A stretch of 64,000 nt of DNA from Candidatus Cloacimonadales bacterium (GTDB taxonomy: Bacteria > Cloacimonadota > Cloacimonadia > Cloacimonadales > JAIOQZ01), in assembly GCA_963662655.2 (NCBI GenBank), contig CAXXTU010000002.1, positions 192,001 to 256,000 on the forward strand, read 5' to 3'. Positions 47,401-56,861 of this stretch are shown here, in pieces. Made by a program: the position numbers and the translations under genes. Every line of letters starts with the position of its first letter. The stretch's first letter is position 1. The notes beneath the pieces were generated by a model. That model did not search any database. It was not told the origin of the DNA and saw only the letters and a program-made list of their open reading frames with translations.

Positions 47401-48804
47401 ATGGATTACAAAGTAGCCGATATGAAACTTGCCGCGTTCGGCAGAAAGGAAATCGAGCTTGCTGAGGTGGAGATGCCGGGATTGATGGCGCTCCGCGAGA
47501 AATATCAGGATTCAAAACCATTGCAGGGTGCCCGGATAACGGGCAGCCTGCACATGACCATACAAACGGCCGTTCTCATCCAGACTCTCACCGCGCTTGG
47601 CGCGGATGTCCGGTGGGCGAGCTGTAACATTTTCTCGACGCAGGATCACGCCGCGGCCGCGATCGCGGAAGCCGGCGTTCCGGTATTCGCGTGGAAGGGT
47701 GAAACCCTGGAAGAATACTGGTGGTGCACGAAGCAGGCCCTTCTCTTCGGAGAAGAGGGCCCGCATCAGATCGTTGACGACGGGGGAGACGCGACGCTGT
47801 TCATTCAGGAAGGCTGCCGTCTGGAAGAGCTTTTTGAAGAGACTGGCAAGCTCCCCGATCCAGTGAAAAACAATCGCGAGTTCTCCATTCTTCAGAAGAT
47901 GATTCTTGAAGACCTTGAGAAGTATCCGAATCGCTGGCGCACCATCGCGGAAAACCTTCGCGGTGTCAGCGAAGAAACAACGACGGGCGTTCACCGTTTA
48001 TACCAGTATATGGAAAAAGGTGAGCTTCGTTTCCCGGCGTTCAACGTGAACGACTCGGTGACCAAGAGCAAATTCGACAACCTCTACGGCTGCCGCGAAT
48101 CGCTCGCGGACGGCATCAAGCGCGGAACCGACGTGATGGTTGCGGGTAAGGTGGTTGTCGTATGCGGTTACGGCGATGTCGGCAAGGGCTGTGCACAGTC
48201 CATGCGCGGTTTCGGCGCGCGCGTCATCATCAACGAGATCGATCCCATCTGCGCGCTTCAGGCCGCGATGGAAGGTTACGAAGTCAAGCCGCTCGAAGAA
48301 GCGCTCGAAGAAGCGGATATCATCGTTACCGCGACCGGGAACCGCGATGTTGTGACCGTCGAGCACATGATGAGAATGAAAGACAAAGCGATCGTCTGCA
48401 ACATCGGCCATTTTGACAACGAGATTCAGGTCGAGAAGATGTATGAGACCGAGGGCGTTGAGAAGATCAACATCAAGCCGCAGGTCGATGAAATCCGCAA
48501 GCCGGATGGAACATGCATCATTCTGCTTTCCGAGGGACGTCTGGTCAACCTCGGTAACGCGACGGGGCATCCTTCGTTCGTGATGAGTAATTCATTCACC
48601 AATCAGACGCTCGCTCAGCTCGAGCTCTGGCAGAAGGATTACGCGAACGAGGTCTACCGCCTTCCGAAGCATCTGGACGAAGAGGTTGCACGTCTTCATC
48701 TGGAAAAGCTGGGCGTTAAACTTACGCAGCTTACTCCCGAGCAGGCCGAGTATATCGGCGTGAAGGTCGATGGGCCTTACAAACCGGAACACTATCGCTA
48801 CTGA
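47401..48804 (+). CDS. ahcY: Adenosylhomocysteinase
   Basis: [48 protein letters not shown]. Confidence 0.97.
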   Translation: MDYKVADMKLAAFGRKEIELAEVEMPGLMALREKYQDSKPLQGARITGSLHMTIQTAVLIQTLTALGADVRWASCNIFSTQDHAAAAIAEAGVPVFAWKGETLEEYWWCTKQALLFGEEGPHQIVDDGGDATLFIQEGCRLEELFEETGKLPDPVKNNREFSILQKMILEDLEKYPNRWRTIAENLRGVSEETTTGVHRLYQYMEKGELRFPAFNVNDSVTKSKFDNLYGCRESLADGIKRGTDVMVAGKVVVVCGYGDVGKGCAQSMRGFGARVIINEIDPICALQAAMEGYEVKPLEEALEEADIIVTATGNRDVVTVEHMMRMKDKAIVCNIGHFDNEIQVEKMYETEGVEKINIKPQVDEIRKPDGTCIILLSEGRLVNLGNATGHPSFVMSNSFTNQTLAQLELWQKDYANEVYRLPKHLDEEVARLHLEKLGVKLTQLTPEQAEYIGVKVDGPYKPEHYRY

Positions 48805-48859
48805 TATAGCGATGCGTAAAAAACTACTACTATCCAATTAAATGAGGTGAGGAGTCAGA

Positions 48860-50158
48860 ATGGAACTTCTGAGTAAAATCGAGAAGAAAACCGCTGTTGT
48901 AACAGTTGTGGGATTGGGCTATGTCGGTCTTCCCATGGCAGTAACCGTTGCCCGTAAGGGATTCAAAGTACTTGGCGTCGATGTTAACGATTTTGCCGTA
49001 ACAAGTGTAAACGCCGGCAAGAATTACATTGGCGATGTGGATGATGCAGAACTTAAAGCACTTGTTGAGAAGGGTATGCTTCGGGCTACGAAAGATTATC
49101 GCGAAGTTGCCGAAACAGACGTGATCATGATCGCGGTTCCAACCCCACTCGATAAGTATCAGCAACCGGATTCTACCTATGTGAAGGCATCGACTAATTC
49201 ATTGGTTGATAATGTACGCCCAGGTTCATTGGTCATTCTCGAGAGCACAACCTATCCGGGAACCACGGAAGAGATCATCGCGCCGGCATTCGAATCGAAA
49301 GGTTACGAGATCGGTAAGGACATCTTCATCGCGTTCTCACCCGAACGTGTAGACCCGGGCAATGTGCAGTACAAAACCAACAACACGCCAAAGGTTGTCG
49401 GCGGTATGACCGATAACTGCAACCGTGTATCCAAGGTATTTTACAACGCGATTCTCGACGCGGAAGTATTTCCGGTGTCTTCTCCTCGCGTCGCCGAGAT
49501 GGAAAAAATCTATGAGAACACCTTCCGTAACATCAATATCGCGCTTGCCAACGAGATGACGATCCTATGCGATCGCATGGGCATCGATATCTGGGAAGTG
49601 ATCGAAGCGGCCAAGACCAAGCCTTACGGCTTCATGGCGTTCTACCCAGGCCCCGGCGTGGGTGGGCACTGTATCCCGATCGATCCTTTCTACCTCACAT
49701 GGAAGGCTCGCGAATACAATTACCACACGCGTCTCATCGAGCTGGCCGGCGAGATCAATGTTGCAATGCCTACGTTTGTTATCAACAAGGCGCAGCGTAT
49801 TCTCAACGATCAGGGAATTGCGATATCCAGAGCGAGAATCCTGCTTCTGGGCGCCGCCTACAAGAAGGATATCGAGGACATGCGCGAATCGCCGGTCATG
49901 GAAGTGATCCACGAGCTGGAAACGCTCAACGCGAATTTCGATTACAACGATCCGCACGTCCCGACGTTCCACAACGAACTCACCGGAAAGGATTATCATT
50001 CGACCGGTATCGACAAGATTGAAGAGTACGATCTGGTTATCGTGATAACGGATCATACAGCATACAACATGCAGGATATCGTGAAACGTTCCCGCCTGGT
50101 GCTGGATACGAGATACGCTACCCGAGGAATCGATTCCGAGAACATCGTAAAACTGTAG
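48860..50158 (+). CDS. UDP-N-acetyl-hexosamine 6-dehydrogenase (WbpA/WecC-like)
   Basis: GLGYVGLP, ESTTYPGTT, SPERVDPG, ENTFRNINIALANE, GGHCIPIDP. Confidence 0.9.
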   Translation: MELLSKIEKKTAVVTVVGLGYVGLPMAVTVARKGFKVLGVDVNDFAVTSVNAGKNYIGDVDDAELKALVEKGMLRATKDYREVAETDVIMIAVPTPLDKYQQPDSTYVKASTNSLVDNVRPGSLVILESTTYPGTTEEIIAPAFESKGYEIGKDIFIAFSPERVDPGNVQYKTNNTPKVVGGMTDNCNRVSKVFYNAILDAEVFPVSSPRVAEMEKIYENTFRNINIALANEMTILCDRMGIDIWEVIEAAKTKPYGFMAFYPGPGVGGHCIPIDPFYLTWKAREYNYHTRLIELAGEINVAMPTFVINKAQRILNDQGIAISRARILLLGAAYKKDIEDMRESPVMEVIHELETLNANFDYNDPHVPTFHNELTGKDYHSTGIDKIEEYDLVIVITDHTAYNMQDIVKRSRLVLDTRYATRGIDSENIVKL

Positions 50159-50207
50159 CGGAAAGTACGTGGTTTCTTGAAAACTCCCTTCAAAACCAAC
50201 CAAGGAG

Positions 50208-51182
50208 ATGAGGATGGAAGAAGGCGATGTTGTAAAAAAGAAGAGTATTAGCCTGAAGGACAAACGGACGCAGGTTATCATTCTGATCATTGTTATCGCA
50301 GTGCTTTTGCTTACCGGGTTCTACATTGTGAATCCGGGCGAGGAAGCCGTGGTGCAACGTTTCGGGGCGTACAACAGGACAACCCGTTCCGGCCTGCATT
50401 TCAAGCTGCCTTTCGGCATCGAGCATAAAACGATCGTCAAGGTGAAGGAAATCCGCAAGGAAGAATTCGGTTTCCGCACGGTGGAAGCCGGGATCAAGAC
50501 GCAGTACTCCCGAGGCGATTACTCGCATGAATCTCTCATGCTCACCGGCGATCTGAACATCGTTGATGTGCAGTGGATCGTTCAGTACCGCGTGAAGGAT
50601 TCCAAGGACTATCTCTTCAATATCCGTAACAACCGCGAGACGCTCCGGATTCTTTCGGAATCGGCGACGCGCCAGGTTGTGGGTGACCGTAGCGCTGACG
50701 AGGTGATCACGCTGAGCCGTCAGGAGATCGCTCAATTGGTACTCGAAGCGCTTCAGGAAGCGCTGGACAACTACAGCGCCGGTATTGAGATCGTAACGGT
50801 CGTGATGCAGAACGTGAACCCTCCGAAGCCTGTCCAGCCGGCGTTCAACGAAGTGAACTCCGCGCGTCAGGAGCAGGATCGCATCATCAACGAAGCACAG
50901 TCTCAATACAATAAAATCATTCCCGAAGCCAAGGGCCGGGCGCAGCGCATGATCCAGGAAGCCGAGGGTTATGCGATAAACCGCGTGAACCGCGCGCAGG
51001 GTGACGCAAAGCGTTTCACCGATATTCTGAAAGAATACCGGAAAGCGCCGAACGTGACAAAGAAGAGGATGTACCTCGAGACCATGCAGGATATTCTCCC
51101 CGAGCTGGAGCACGTGTACATGATCGACGACAAGCTGAAAAGCTTCTTGCCTCTATTGAACATGCAAAAGGGAGGTGAGTGA
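50208..51182 (+). CDS. hflK: FtsH protease modulator HflK
   Basis: TM helix plus SPFH domain, MLTGDLNIVDV, AFNEV, RMYLETM. Confidence 0.92.
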   Translation: MRMEEGDVVKKKSISLKDKRTQVIILIIVIAVLLLTGFYIVNPGEEAVVQRFGAYNRTTRSGLHFKLPFGIEHKTIVKVKEIRKEEFGFRTVEAGIKTQYSRGDYSHESLMLTGDLNIVDVQWIVQYRVKDSKDYLFNIRNNRETLRILSESATRQVVGDRSADEVITLSRQEIAQLVLEALQEALDNYSAGIEIVTVVMQNVNPPKPVQPAFNEVNSARQEQDRIINEAQSQYNKIIPEAKGRAQRMIQEAEGYAINRVNRAQGDAKRFTDILKEYRKAPNVTKKRMYLETMQDILPELEHVYMIDDKLKSFLPLLNMQKGGE

Positions 51183-52165
51183 TGAACAAGCACGTTATAC
51201 AGATCATCCTGCTGGTCATCGCGATATTCGTCGTTGCCGACGCCTTCTTCACGCTCGATGAGAGGCAGCAGGCGATTATAACGCAGTTCGGTCATCCGAT
51301 CGGCGGCGCGATCGAAGACGCGGGTTTGCACGTGAAGATACCGTTTATCCAGAAGGTGCATTACTTCGAGAAAAGGATTCTGGAGTGGGACGGCGATCCG
51401 AATCGCGTGCCCACCGCCGATAAAAAATACATCTGGATCGACATCTTCGCCCGTTGGCGGATATCCGATCCGCTGACGTTCTTCCAGTCGGTGAATACCG
51501 AAAACACGGCGCACAGTCGCCTTGACGGTATCATCGATGGTAAGACGCGCGACATTATCGCGCAGAATACACTGATCGAAATCGTTCGTAACTCGGATCG
51601 CAAGATGGAGTTTGCCGTGGACGATGTTCCTACATTCGAAGAGATGATGAAGGAGCAGGATATTCGCGACGGTAAGCAGGAGGGCGACGACGACCAGAGC
51701 TTCAACGCTACCGAAGGAAAGCGGCACGAGATCGCCAGACAGATTCTCGAAAAAGCGCTGAAGGACGCCGAACTCCTCGGTATCGAGCTGGTCGATGTTC
51801 GCATCAAGCGCGTGAATTACGAGGAGCAGGTTCGCCAAAAAGTTTACGATCGTATGATTTCAGAGAGGCAGAAAATCTCTGCCTGGTATCGATCCACCGG
51901 TGAAGGCGAGAAAGCTCGTATCCTGGGCGAGATGAAGAAAGAGCTTGACCGTATCGAATCGGAAGCGTACCGAACCGCTCAGGAGATTCAGGGGCGCGCA
52001 GATGCCGAAGCGACAAAGCTATACGCAGAGGCGTACGGACAGAGTCCGGAGTTCTTCGAGTTCATCAAGACGCTGGAGTCTTACAAGAAGACCATGAACA
52101 AAAAAGGAACGCTGATACTATCAACGGACAGCGACTATCTGGAAGAGTTAAAAGAAGGTAAATAG
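51182..52165 (+). CDS. hflC: FtsH protease modulator HflC
   Basis: TQFG, KIPFIQ, DVRIKR, VYDRMISER, A.KLYA.AY; start at 51179 (GTG) or 51182 (ATG). Confidence 0.92.
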   Translation: MNKHVIQIILLVIAIFVVADAFFTLDERQQAIITQFGHPIGGAIEDAGLHVKIPFIQKVHYFEKRILEWDGDPNRVPTADKKYIWIDIFARWRISDPLTFFQSVNTENTAHSRLDGIIDGKTRDIIAQNTLIEIVRNSDRKMEFAVDDVPTFEEMMKEQDIRDGKQEGDDDQSFNATEGKRHEIARQILEKALKDAELLGIELVDVRIKRVNYEEQVRQKVYDRMISERQKISAWYRSTGEGEKARILGEMKKELDRIESEAYRTAQEIQGRADAEATKLYAEAYGQSPEFFEFIKTLESYKKTMNKKGTLILSTDSDYLEELKEGK

Positions 52166-52184
52166 ATATTTGGAGGCTTAATTC

Positions 52185-53510
52185 ATGAAGATCGCAATAA
52201 TTGGGACAGGCTACGTAGGCCTGGTTACTGGAACCTGCTTTGCGGACGTCGGTAATAACGTTATTTGTGTGGATAATGACGTATCCAAAGTCAATCGTTT
52301 GAACAACGGGGAGATACCTATTTATGAACCCGGGCTCGATCGCCTGGTTAAACGGAATTTCAATGAAGGCCGTCTTACGTTTACGACCGATATCAAGAAG
52401 GCTGTGGAAGAATCTCTGATATGCTTCATCGCGGTGGGAACACCTCCAGATGAGGACGGCTCAGCGGATCTGAGTTACGTGCTGTCGGTTGCAAATGACA
52501 TCGCGACGTATATGAACGATTACAAGATCGTTGTTGATAAATCCACGGTTCCGGTGGGAACCGGCGACAAGGTTCAAGCGCTAATCGAGAAAGTTCTCAA
52601 AGAGCGCAAGGCAACGTACGAATTCGACGTTGTTTCCAATCCGGAATTCCTGAAAGAAGGGGCTGCGATTGACGATTTCATGAAACCCGATCGCATTATC
52701 ATCGGTAGCGACAACGTGCGAGTGCGCGAGATCATGAGAGTTCTCTATTCACCGTTCGCACGGGCGCATGAAAAGGTTATCTTCATGTCGTTACGTTCCG
52801 CCGAGATGACCAAGTATGCTGCCAACTCGATGCTGGCGACCAAGATATCCTTTATGAACGAGATTGCCATGCTTTGCGAAGAGCTCGGCGCGGATGTCGG
52901 AGAGGTACGTCACGGAATCGGTTCCGATACGCGTATCGGTTACAAATTCATCTACCCGGGTGTTGGCTATGGCGGAAGCTGCTTCCCCAAGGATGTGAAA
53001 GCGCTCATCCACATGGCGAACAAAAGCAATATCAATCCGCAGCTCATGCAGGCCGTGGAAGATGTGAACGCACGCCAGAAGGAACTTCTCGCGAAGAAGG
53101 TTCTCAAGCATTTCAACGGCGATATTAAAGGCAAGAAGCTGGCTCTCTGGGGTCTTTCGTTCAAGCCTGAAACGGACGACATGCGTGAAGCTCCGGCAAT
53201 CGTGATCATCGAGATGTTGCTGGCGGAAGGCGCGGAAGTCGTCGCGTACGATCCGGTGGCGATGGAAGAATCCAAACGCCGTTTTGGAGATCGTAAGGGT
53301 CTCACGTACGCCGAGAACAGCTATGCGGCCCTCCAGGACGCAGAAGCGCTTCTTCTGGTAACCGAGTGGCACCAGTTCCGTTATCCCGATTTCGACAAGA
53401 TCAAGGCCAACCTGAAGAATCCTGTGATTTTCGACGGACGAAACCAGTACAGCCTGGGCGAGATGAAGCAGATGGGATTCACCTATTACGGAATAGGACG
53501 AGGTGAGTAA
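52185..53510 (+). CDS. ugd: UDP-glucose 6-dehydrogenase
   Basis: [48 protein letters not shown]. Confidence 0.93.
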   Translation: MKIAIIGTGYVGLVTGTCFADVGNNVICVDNDVSKVNRLNNGEIPIYEPGLDRLVKRNFNEGRLTFTTDIKKAVEESLICFIAVGTPPDEDGSADLSYVLSVANDIATYMNDYKIVVDKSTVPVGTGDKVQALIEKVLKERKATYEFDVVSNPEFLKEGAAIDDFMKPDRIIIGSDNVRVREIMRVLYSPFARAHEKVIFMSLRSAEMTKYAANSMLATKISFMNEIAMLCEELGADVGEVRHGIGSDTRIGYKFIYPGVGYGGSCFPKDVKALIHMANKSNINPQLMQAVEDVNARQKELLAKKVLKHFNGDIKGKKLALWGLSFKPETDDMREAPAIVIIEMLLAEGAEVVAYDPVAMEESKRRFGDRKGLTYAENSYAALQDAEALLLVTEWHQFRYPDFDKIKANLKNPVIFDGRNQYSLGEMKQMGFTYYGIGRGE

Positions 53511-53533
53511 AGAGTTTTCCGGACGATTACTGG

Positions 53534-53962
53534 ATGGGTTTTGCGCTTGAAGAAGCACGCAAGGCCGCCACGTTGAATGAGGTGCCGATCGGCGCTGTAA
53601 TCGTAAAAGATGATCGAATCGTAGCGACGGGTCATAACAGTATGCGCTCGCAAAATAATCAGTTAGCGCATGCCGAGAAAATCGCGATCGAGAAAGTTAT
53701 CGATTCGGGTGAAAAATTCCTTTACGATTATACGCTGTTTGTGACGATTGAACCCTGCCTCATGTGTGCGGGGGCGATTATCTGGAGTCGTGTGGGACGC
53801 GTTGTTTTTGGCGCGTTCGATGAGAAGGCCGGAGCTGTTGGCTCGGTCTATAACGCGCTCCGTGAAAAATGCATGAATCATCGGCCGGAGGTTGTTTCCG
53901 GCGTGAGGGAAGAGGAATGTTCCCGGATGATTCAGGAGTTCTTCAAGAAGAAGAGATTTTAA
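53534..53962 (+). CDS. tadA: tRNA-specific adenosine deaminase
   Basis: EVPIGAV, HAE, EPCLMC, KAGAVGS, FFKKKR; adjacent to tRNA-Ser; start ambiguous (see findings). Confidence 0.88.
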   Translation: MGFALEEARKAATLNEVPIGAVIVKDDRIVATGHNSMRSQNNQLAHAEKIAIEKVIDSGEKFLYDYTLFVTIEPCLMCAGAIIWSRVGRVVFGAFDEKAGAVGSVYNALREKCMNHRPEVVSGVREEECSRMIQEFFKKKRF

Positions 53963-53972
53963 CGATATACGC

Positions 53973-54062
53973 GGAGAGGTGCCGGAGCGGTTGAACGGGG
54001 CGGTCTCGAAAACCGTTGAATGCTTACGCATTCCCAGGGTTCGAATCCCTGCCTCTCCGCCA
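53973..54062 (+). tRNA. tRNA-Ser (anticodon CGA)
   Basis: Acceptor stem GGAGAGG/CCTCTCC plus GCCA; anticodon arm gcggt-ctCGAaa-accgt; long variable arm; T-loop GGTTCGAATCC. Confidence 0.97.
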
Positions 54063-54108
54063 TTTTTGTGCCCGGATTTTTTGAATGCCCCTCTGCTTGA
54101 ATCCATTT

Positions 54109-54152
54109 TGTCTGAATCAGGACTTGCGGGATTAGCAAGATTTTCAGGAAGG
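54109..54152 (+). repeat. 9-nt-periodic dispersed repeat, copy B
   Basis: tgtctgaatcaggacttgcgggattagcaagattttcaggaagg. Confidence 0.65.
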
Positions 54153-54222
54153 AGAGCGACGGCATCTTTTGTTCTATCTTCCGCATTCTTCATTCAGTGT
54201 ATCATGCCTTTCGCGAAGGGCT

Positions 54223-54269
54223 TGTCTGAATCAAGATTAACTGGATTAACGGGATTTACATGATGGGGA
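54223..54269 (+). repeat. 9-nt-periodic dispersed repeat, copy C
   Basis: tgtctgaatcaagattaactggattaacgggatttacatgatgggga. Confidence 0.7.
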
Positions 54270-54304
54270 GAGGAGAGACTGAGAGAAATTTTCTCCTCGA
54301 TCAC

Positions 54305-54483
54305 GCACCTTCGCCCGATCCTTCGCTCCATCGTGGATATAACACGGCTCAAAACGCTCTTGTAATCATTCGATATCAGTTTATCAAGCCTGAAAATGTT
54401 CTATTGTTCCCGGCGTGGGATAAGCATCCGCGCGTTTATCACCGTGTAACACCACGATTCCGCTTGCGATCGAACGAATCTGC
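54305..54483 (-). repeat. Rod-like palindromic repeat family, copy 5 (~179 bp, inverted)
   Basis: gcaccttcgcccgatccttcgctccatcgtggatataacacgg...ccgtgtaacaccacgattccgcttgcgatcgaacgaatctgc. Confidence 0.85.
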
Positions 54484-54549
54484 TCTGGATGGATGTATGA
54501 AAGAAAGGACGAGATTGCGCTCGTCCTGGAAGATTTTAGAGATGAAAGA

Positions 54550-55116
54550 TTAGAACAGCCAGTTGATGATCCTGCTGATGATCCCGACCTTGGCGGTTTC
54601 GTTGATCGCGCCCTTGCCGTCGTACTTGATCTTGGCGTCCGCGATGCTGTAGGAATAGACGGAGTTGTCGGACATCACATCCTCGGGGCGGATGACGCCT
54701 TCGAGCTCGGTGATTTCTTTCTCGCCGTTGATCTCGACGGTGCGGCTTCCCTTGATGACAAGGTTCCCCATATCGTCGATGGCGATGATCTTCGCGGTCA
54801 TTTTGCTCTCGATCTTTCCCGATCGGGTTGTTTTACCGTCTCCTCCGTTGGTCGCGCCGACCGATCCTCCGTAGCCTCCGGCCTTCATCATGTCGAGAAT
54901 GCCGGTTCCTCCCGTGGAGAAATCCACGCCGACGCTCACGTCGGTGTCGGTACCGGCAGCGGCTTCGGCCGAAGTGCTCTCCGAAATGAGGATGGTTATG
55001 ACATCGCCAACGTTGAAGCTCTTGTGATCCGAGTAGAGGGATGTTACCTGTCGCGCTTGCAGTATCGCGATGATGATGAGGATTCCGATGATCGCAAAAA
55101 ATCTTTTCATGGTCAT
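54550..55116 (-). CDS. flgH: Flagellar basal body L-ring protein
   Basis: SLYSD...VGDVITILISE, GNLVIKG, GVIRPED, V.S.SIADA.I.Y.G.G; operon context. Confidence 0.9.
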   Translation of the reverse strand: MTMKRFFAIIGILIIIAILQARQVTSLYSDHKSFNVGDVITILISESTSAEAAAGTDTDVSVGVDFSTGGTGILDMMKAGGYGGSVGATNGGDGKTTRSGKIESKMTAKIIAIDDMGNLVIKGSRTVEINGEKEITELEGVIRPEDVMSDNSVYSYSIADAKIKYDGKGAINETAKVGIISRIINWLF

Positions 55117-56054
55117 TCTCCGAGGTTGATCATTGCCTGTCGTTTACCGGTTGCGAGCGCTTGATAGCGTCTTCCGGTAGCTGGATCTTCGCATGTTATC
55201 GATTCGCCCATGTAACCGGTGTTTTTCGCGATTGCGACGGTCTCGAGCTGGATGCTTCCGCTGTTGACCACGATGCTGACTCTGTCCCCGCGATTGATAT
55301 CCGGGATGAGCCTGGTGTTTCGCGAAGTGAGGACGGTGCCCCTGGGCAGGTATCGAGAGGCGATGCGAGATTGCAGCGAGAGGCTGTCGGTGATTGCCGA
55401 AGCCTCCTCCGCGCAATTCAGGGTAATTCTAACCGTATCCCCCAGCCTGAAGCCCTCTCCGCGTCTCTTGGTTTTCGTAAGCTGATACGCCTTGCGAAAC
55501 ACGCCTATGTACGTGGTGAACGAGAAGCGGCCCTGCGGCTGATTTCGATATAGAATCGTGCCGATCATGCGTACGTTGCCCATTTTAGGAACGCCATCCG
55601 GGAATTCGACTTGAATCGAGTAATCCTGTGACGGCGTGTCCAGCTCGGGCAATTCGCCAATCTCCAGATAGATGCTGTCCGCGTCCGGATAGCTCTTGGA
55701 GATGTATTCACGAGCGGCTTTATATACCTGGTTCTGATCGATGGATTGTTTTGCCCACCGCACCACGCAGAACGCGCCTTCGATTTTCACGCGCTTCCGC
55801 AGGTCGGACGGGACGAGTTTTATGATATCCGCGTGGTAGAGATTGCGGAACCTCTCTCTGTAGGGAAGGTTGCATATCTCGATATCGCTGATTTGACGAT
55901 AGAGTGAATCCGGGCCCTGAAAGGAATCGGTGATGTCCTCGACGGTAACGACGGGGTCGTTGATCCAGACACGGTCCTTGATTTCAATAGAAAGCACAGT
56001 GCCCCATACGATACAAGGCAAAATCAAGATGAGCATCAGGATTCCGGATTTCAT
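55113..56054 (-). CDS. flgA: Flagellar P-ring assembly protein FlgA (long form)
   Basis: Signal peptide, C-terminal SAF-like region INRGDRVSI...A...G..GE.I; position between flgG and flgH. Confidence 0.8.
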   Translation of the reverse strand: MKSGILMLILILPCIVWGTVLSIEIKDRVWINDPVVTVEDITDSFQGPDSLYRQISDIEICNLPYRERFRNLYHADIIKLVPSDLRKRVKIEGAFCVVRWAKQSIDQNQVYKAAREYISKSYPDADSIYLEIGELPELDTPSQDYSIQVEFPDGVPKMGNVRMIGTILYRNQPQGRFSFTTYIGVFRKAYQLTKTKRRGEGFRLGDTVRITLNCAEEASAITDSLSLQSRIASRYLPRGTVLTSRNTRLIPDINRGDRVSIVVNSGSIQLETVAIAKNTGYMGESITCEDPATGRRYQALATGKRQAMINLGE

Positions 56055-56057
56055 GGA

Positions 56058-56846
56058 TTACCTCTTGAGATTGTTGGCCGTTTCCAGCATGGTGTCGGAA
56101 GTTCGTACCGCTTTCGAGTTCAGGTCGAAGGCCCTCTGCGCGACGATCATGGCGACCATCTCTTCGACGATCACCACGTTGCTGGCTTCCACATAGCCCT
56201 GCTCCAGCGAACCGATGTTCTCGGAGCTCGGAGCGCCGACGATCGGATCGCCCGATGCCTCGGTGGCCGTGTAGAAATTGCCGCCGTGACTCTTCAATCC
56301 GGCCGGGTTAACAAACCGCGCCAGCTCGATCTGCCCGATCTCTTCCATTTCGGTCTGACCGTAGATTTGAGCGTAAACGTAGCCGTCGCCAGTGATGCTG
56401 ATGGACTCGGTGTCTGCCGGAATGGTGATCCCGGGCTCCAGCTTGAAGCCTTGCGCGTTCACCACCTGGCCGTCTCCGTCCAGCTTGAAGCTGCCGTCAC
56501 GTGTGTAGACCACATTGCCGTCGCCATTGACGAGTTGGAAGAATCCCTCGCCCACGATAGCCATGTCGAGCGCGTTGCCAGTTTGCGTGGGCGTTCCCTG
56601 AAGATGCTCCTTCTGGGTTGCCACCGGCTTCACACCGACACCCACGGACAGCTCGGTCGGGCGCTGCGTGCTTTCGGACGTAGGCGCGCCTGCTTCCTTG
56701 AGCGTCTGATAGATCAGATCCTGAAACTGGATGCGGGTCTTCTTGTAGCCGGTCGTGTTCACGTTCGCCATGTTGTTCGCGATGGTATCGATGTTCATCT
56801 GTTGAGCCAGCATACCGCTTGCGCCGCTGTAGAGTGAACGTATCAT
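56058..56846 (-). CDS. flgG: Flagellar distal rod protein FlgG
   Basis: IANNMANVNTTGYKK, YTRDGSF, FVNPAGL, E.SNV..VEEMV.MI.AQRA. Confidence 0.95.
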   Translation of the reverse strand: MIRSLYSGASGMLAQQMNIDTIANNMANVNTTGYKKTRIQFQDLIYQTLKEAGAPTSESTQRPTELSVGVGVKPVATQKEHLQGTPTQTGNALDMAIVGEGFFQLVNGDGNVVYTRDGSFKLDGDGQVVNAQGFKLEPGITIPADTESISITGDGYVYAQIYGQTEMEEIGQIELARFVNPAGLKSHGGNFYTATEASGDPIVGAPSSENIGSLEQGYVEASNVVIVEEMVAMIVAQRAFDLNSKAVRTSDTMLETANNLKR

Positions 56847-56861
56847 ACAAAGCTCCTTTTA

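Noticed and set aside
47385..47401. SAH riboswitch upstream of ahcY
   Set aside because: Only 15 nt separate pnp and ahcY, leaving no room for an aptamer.
1387..54483. Rod repeats as canonical integron attC sites, CRISPR repeats or IS ends
   Set aside because: No consistent RYYYAAC/GTTRRRY ends, copies are dispersed in both orientations rather than arrayed, no target duplications are evident, and no integrase, cas or transposase gene is present.
53973..54549. tRNA-Ser as an integration site for an island, or SRP RNA after tadA-tRNA-Ser
   Set aside because: No duplicated tRNA 3' end or integrase seen, and no convincing SRP domain IV motif.
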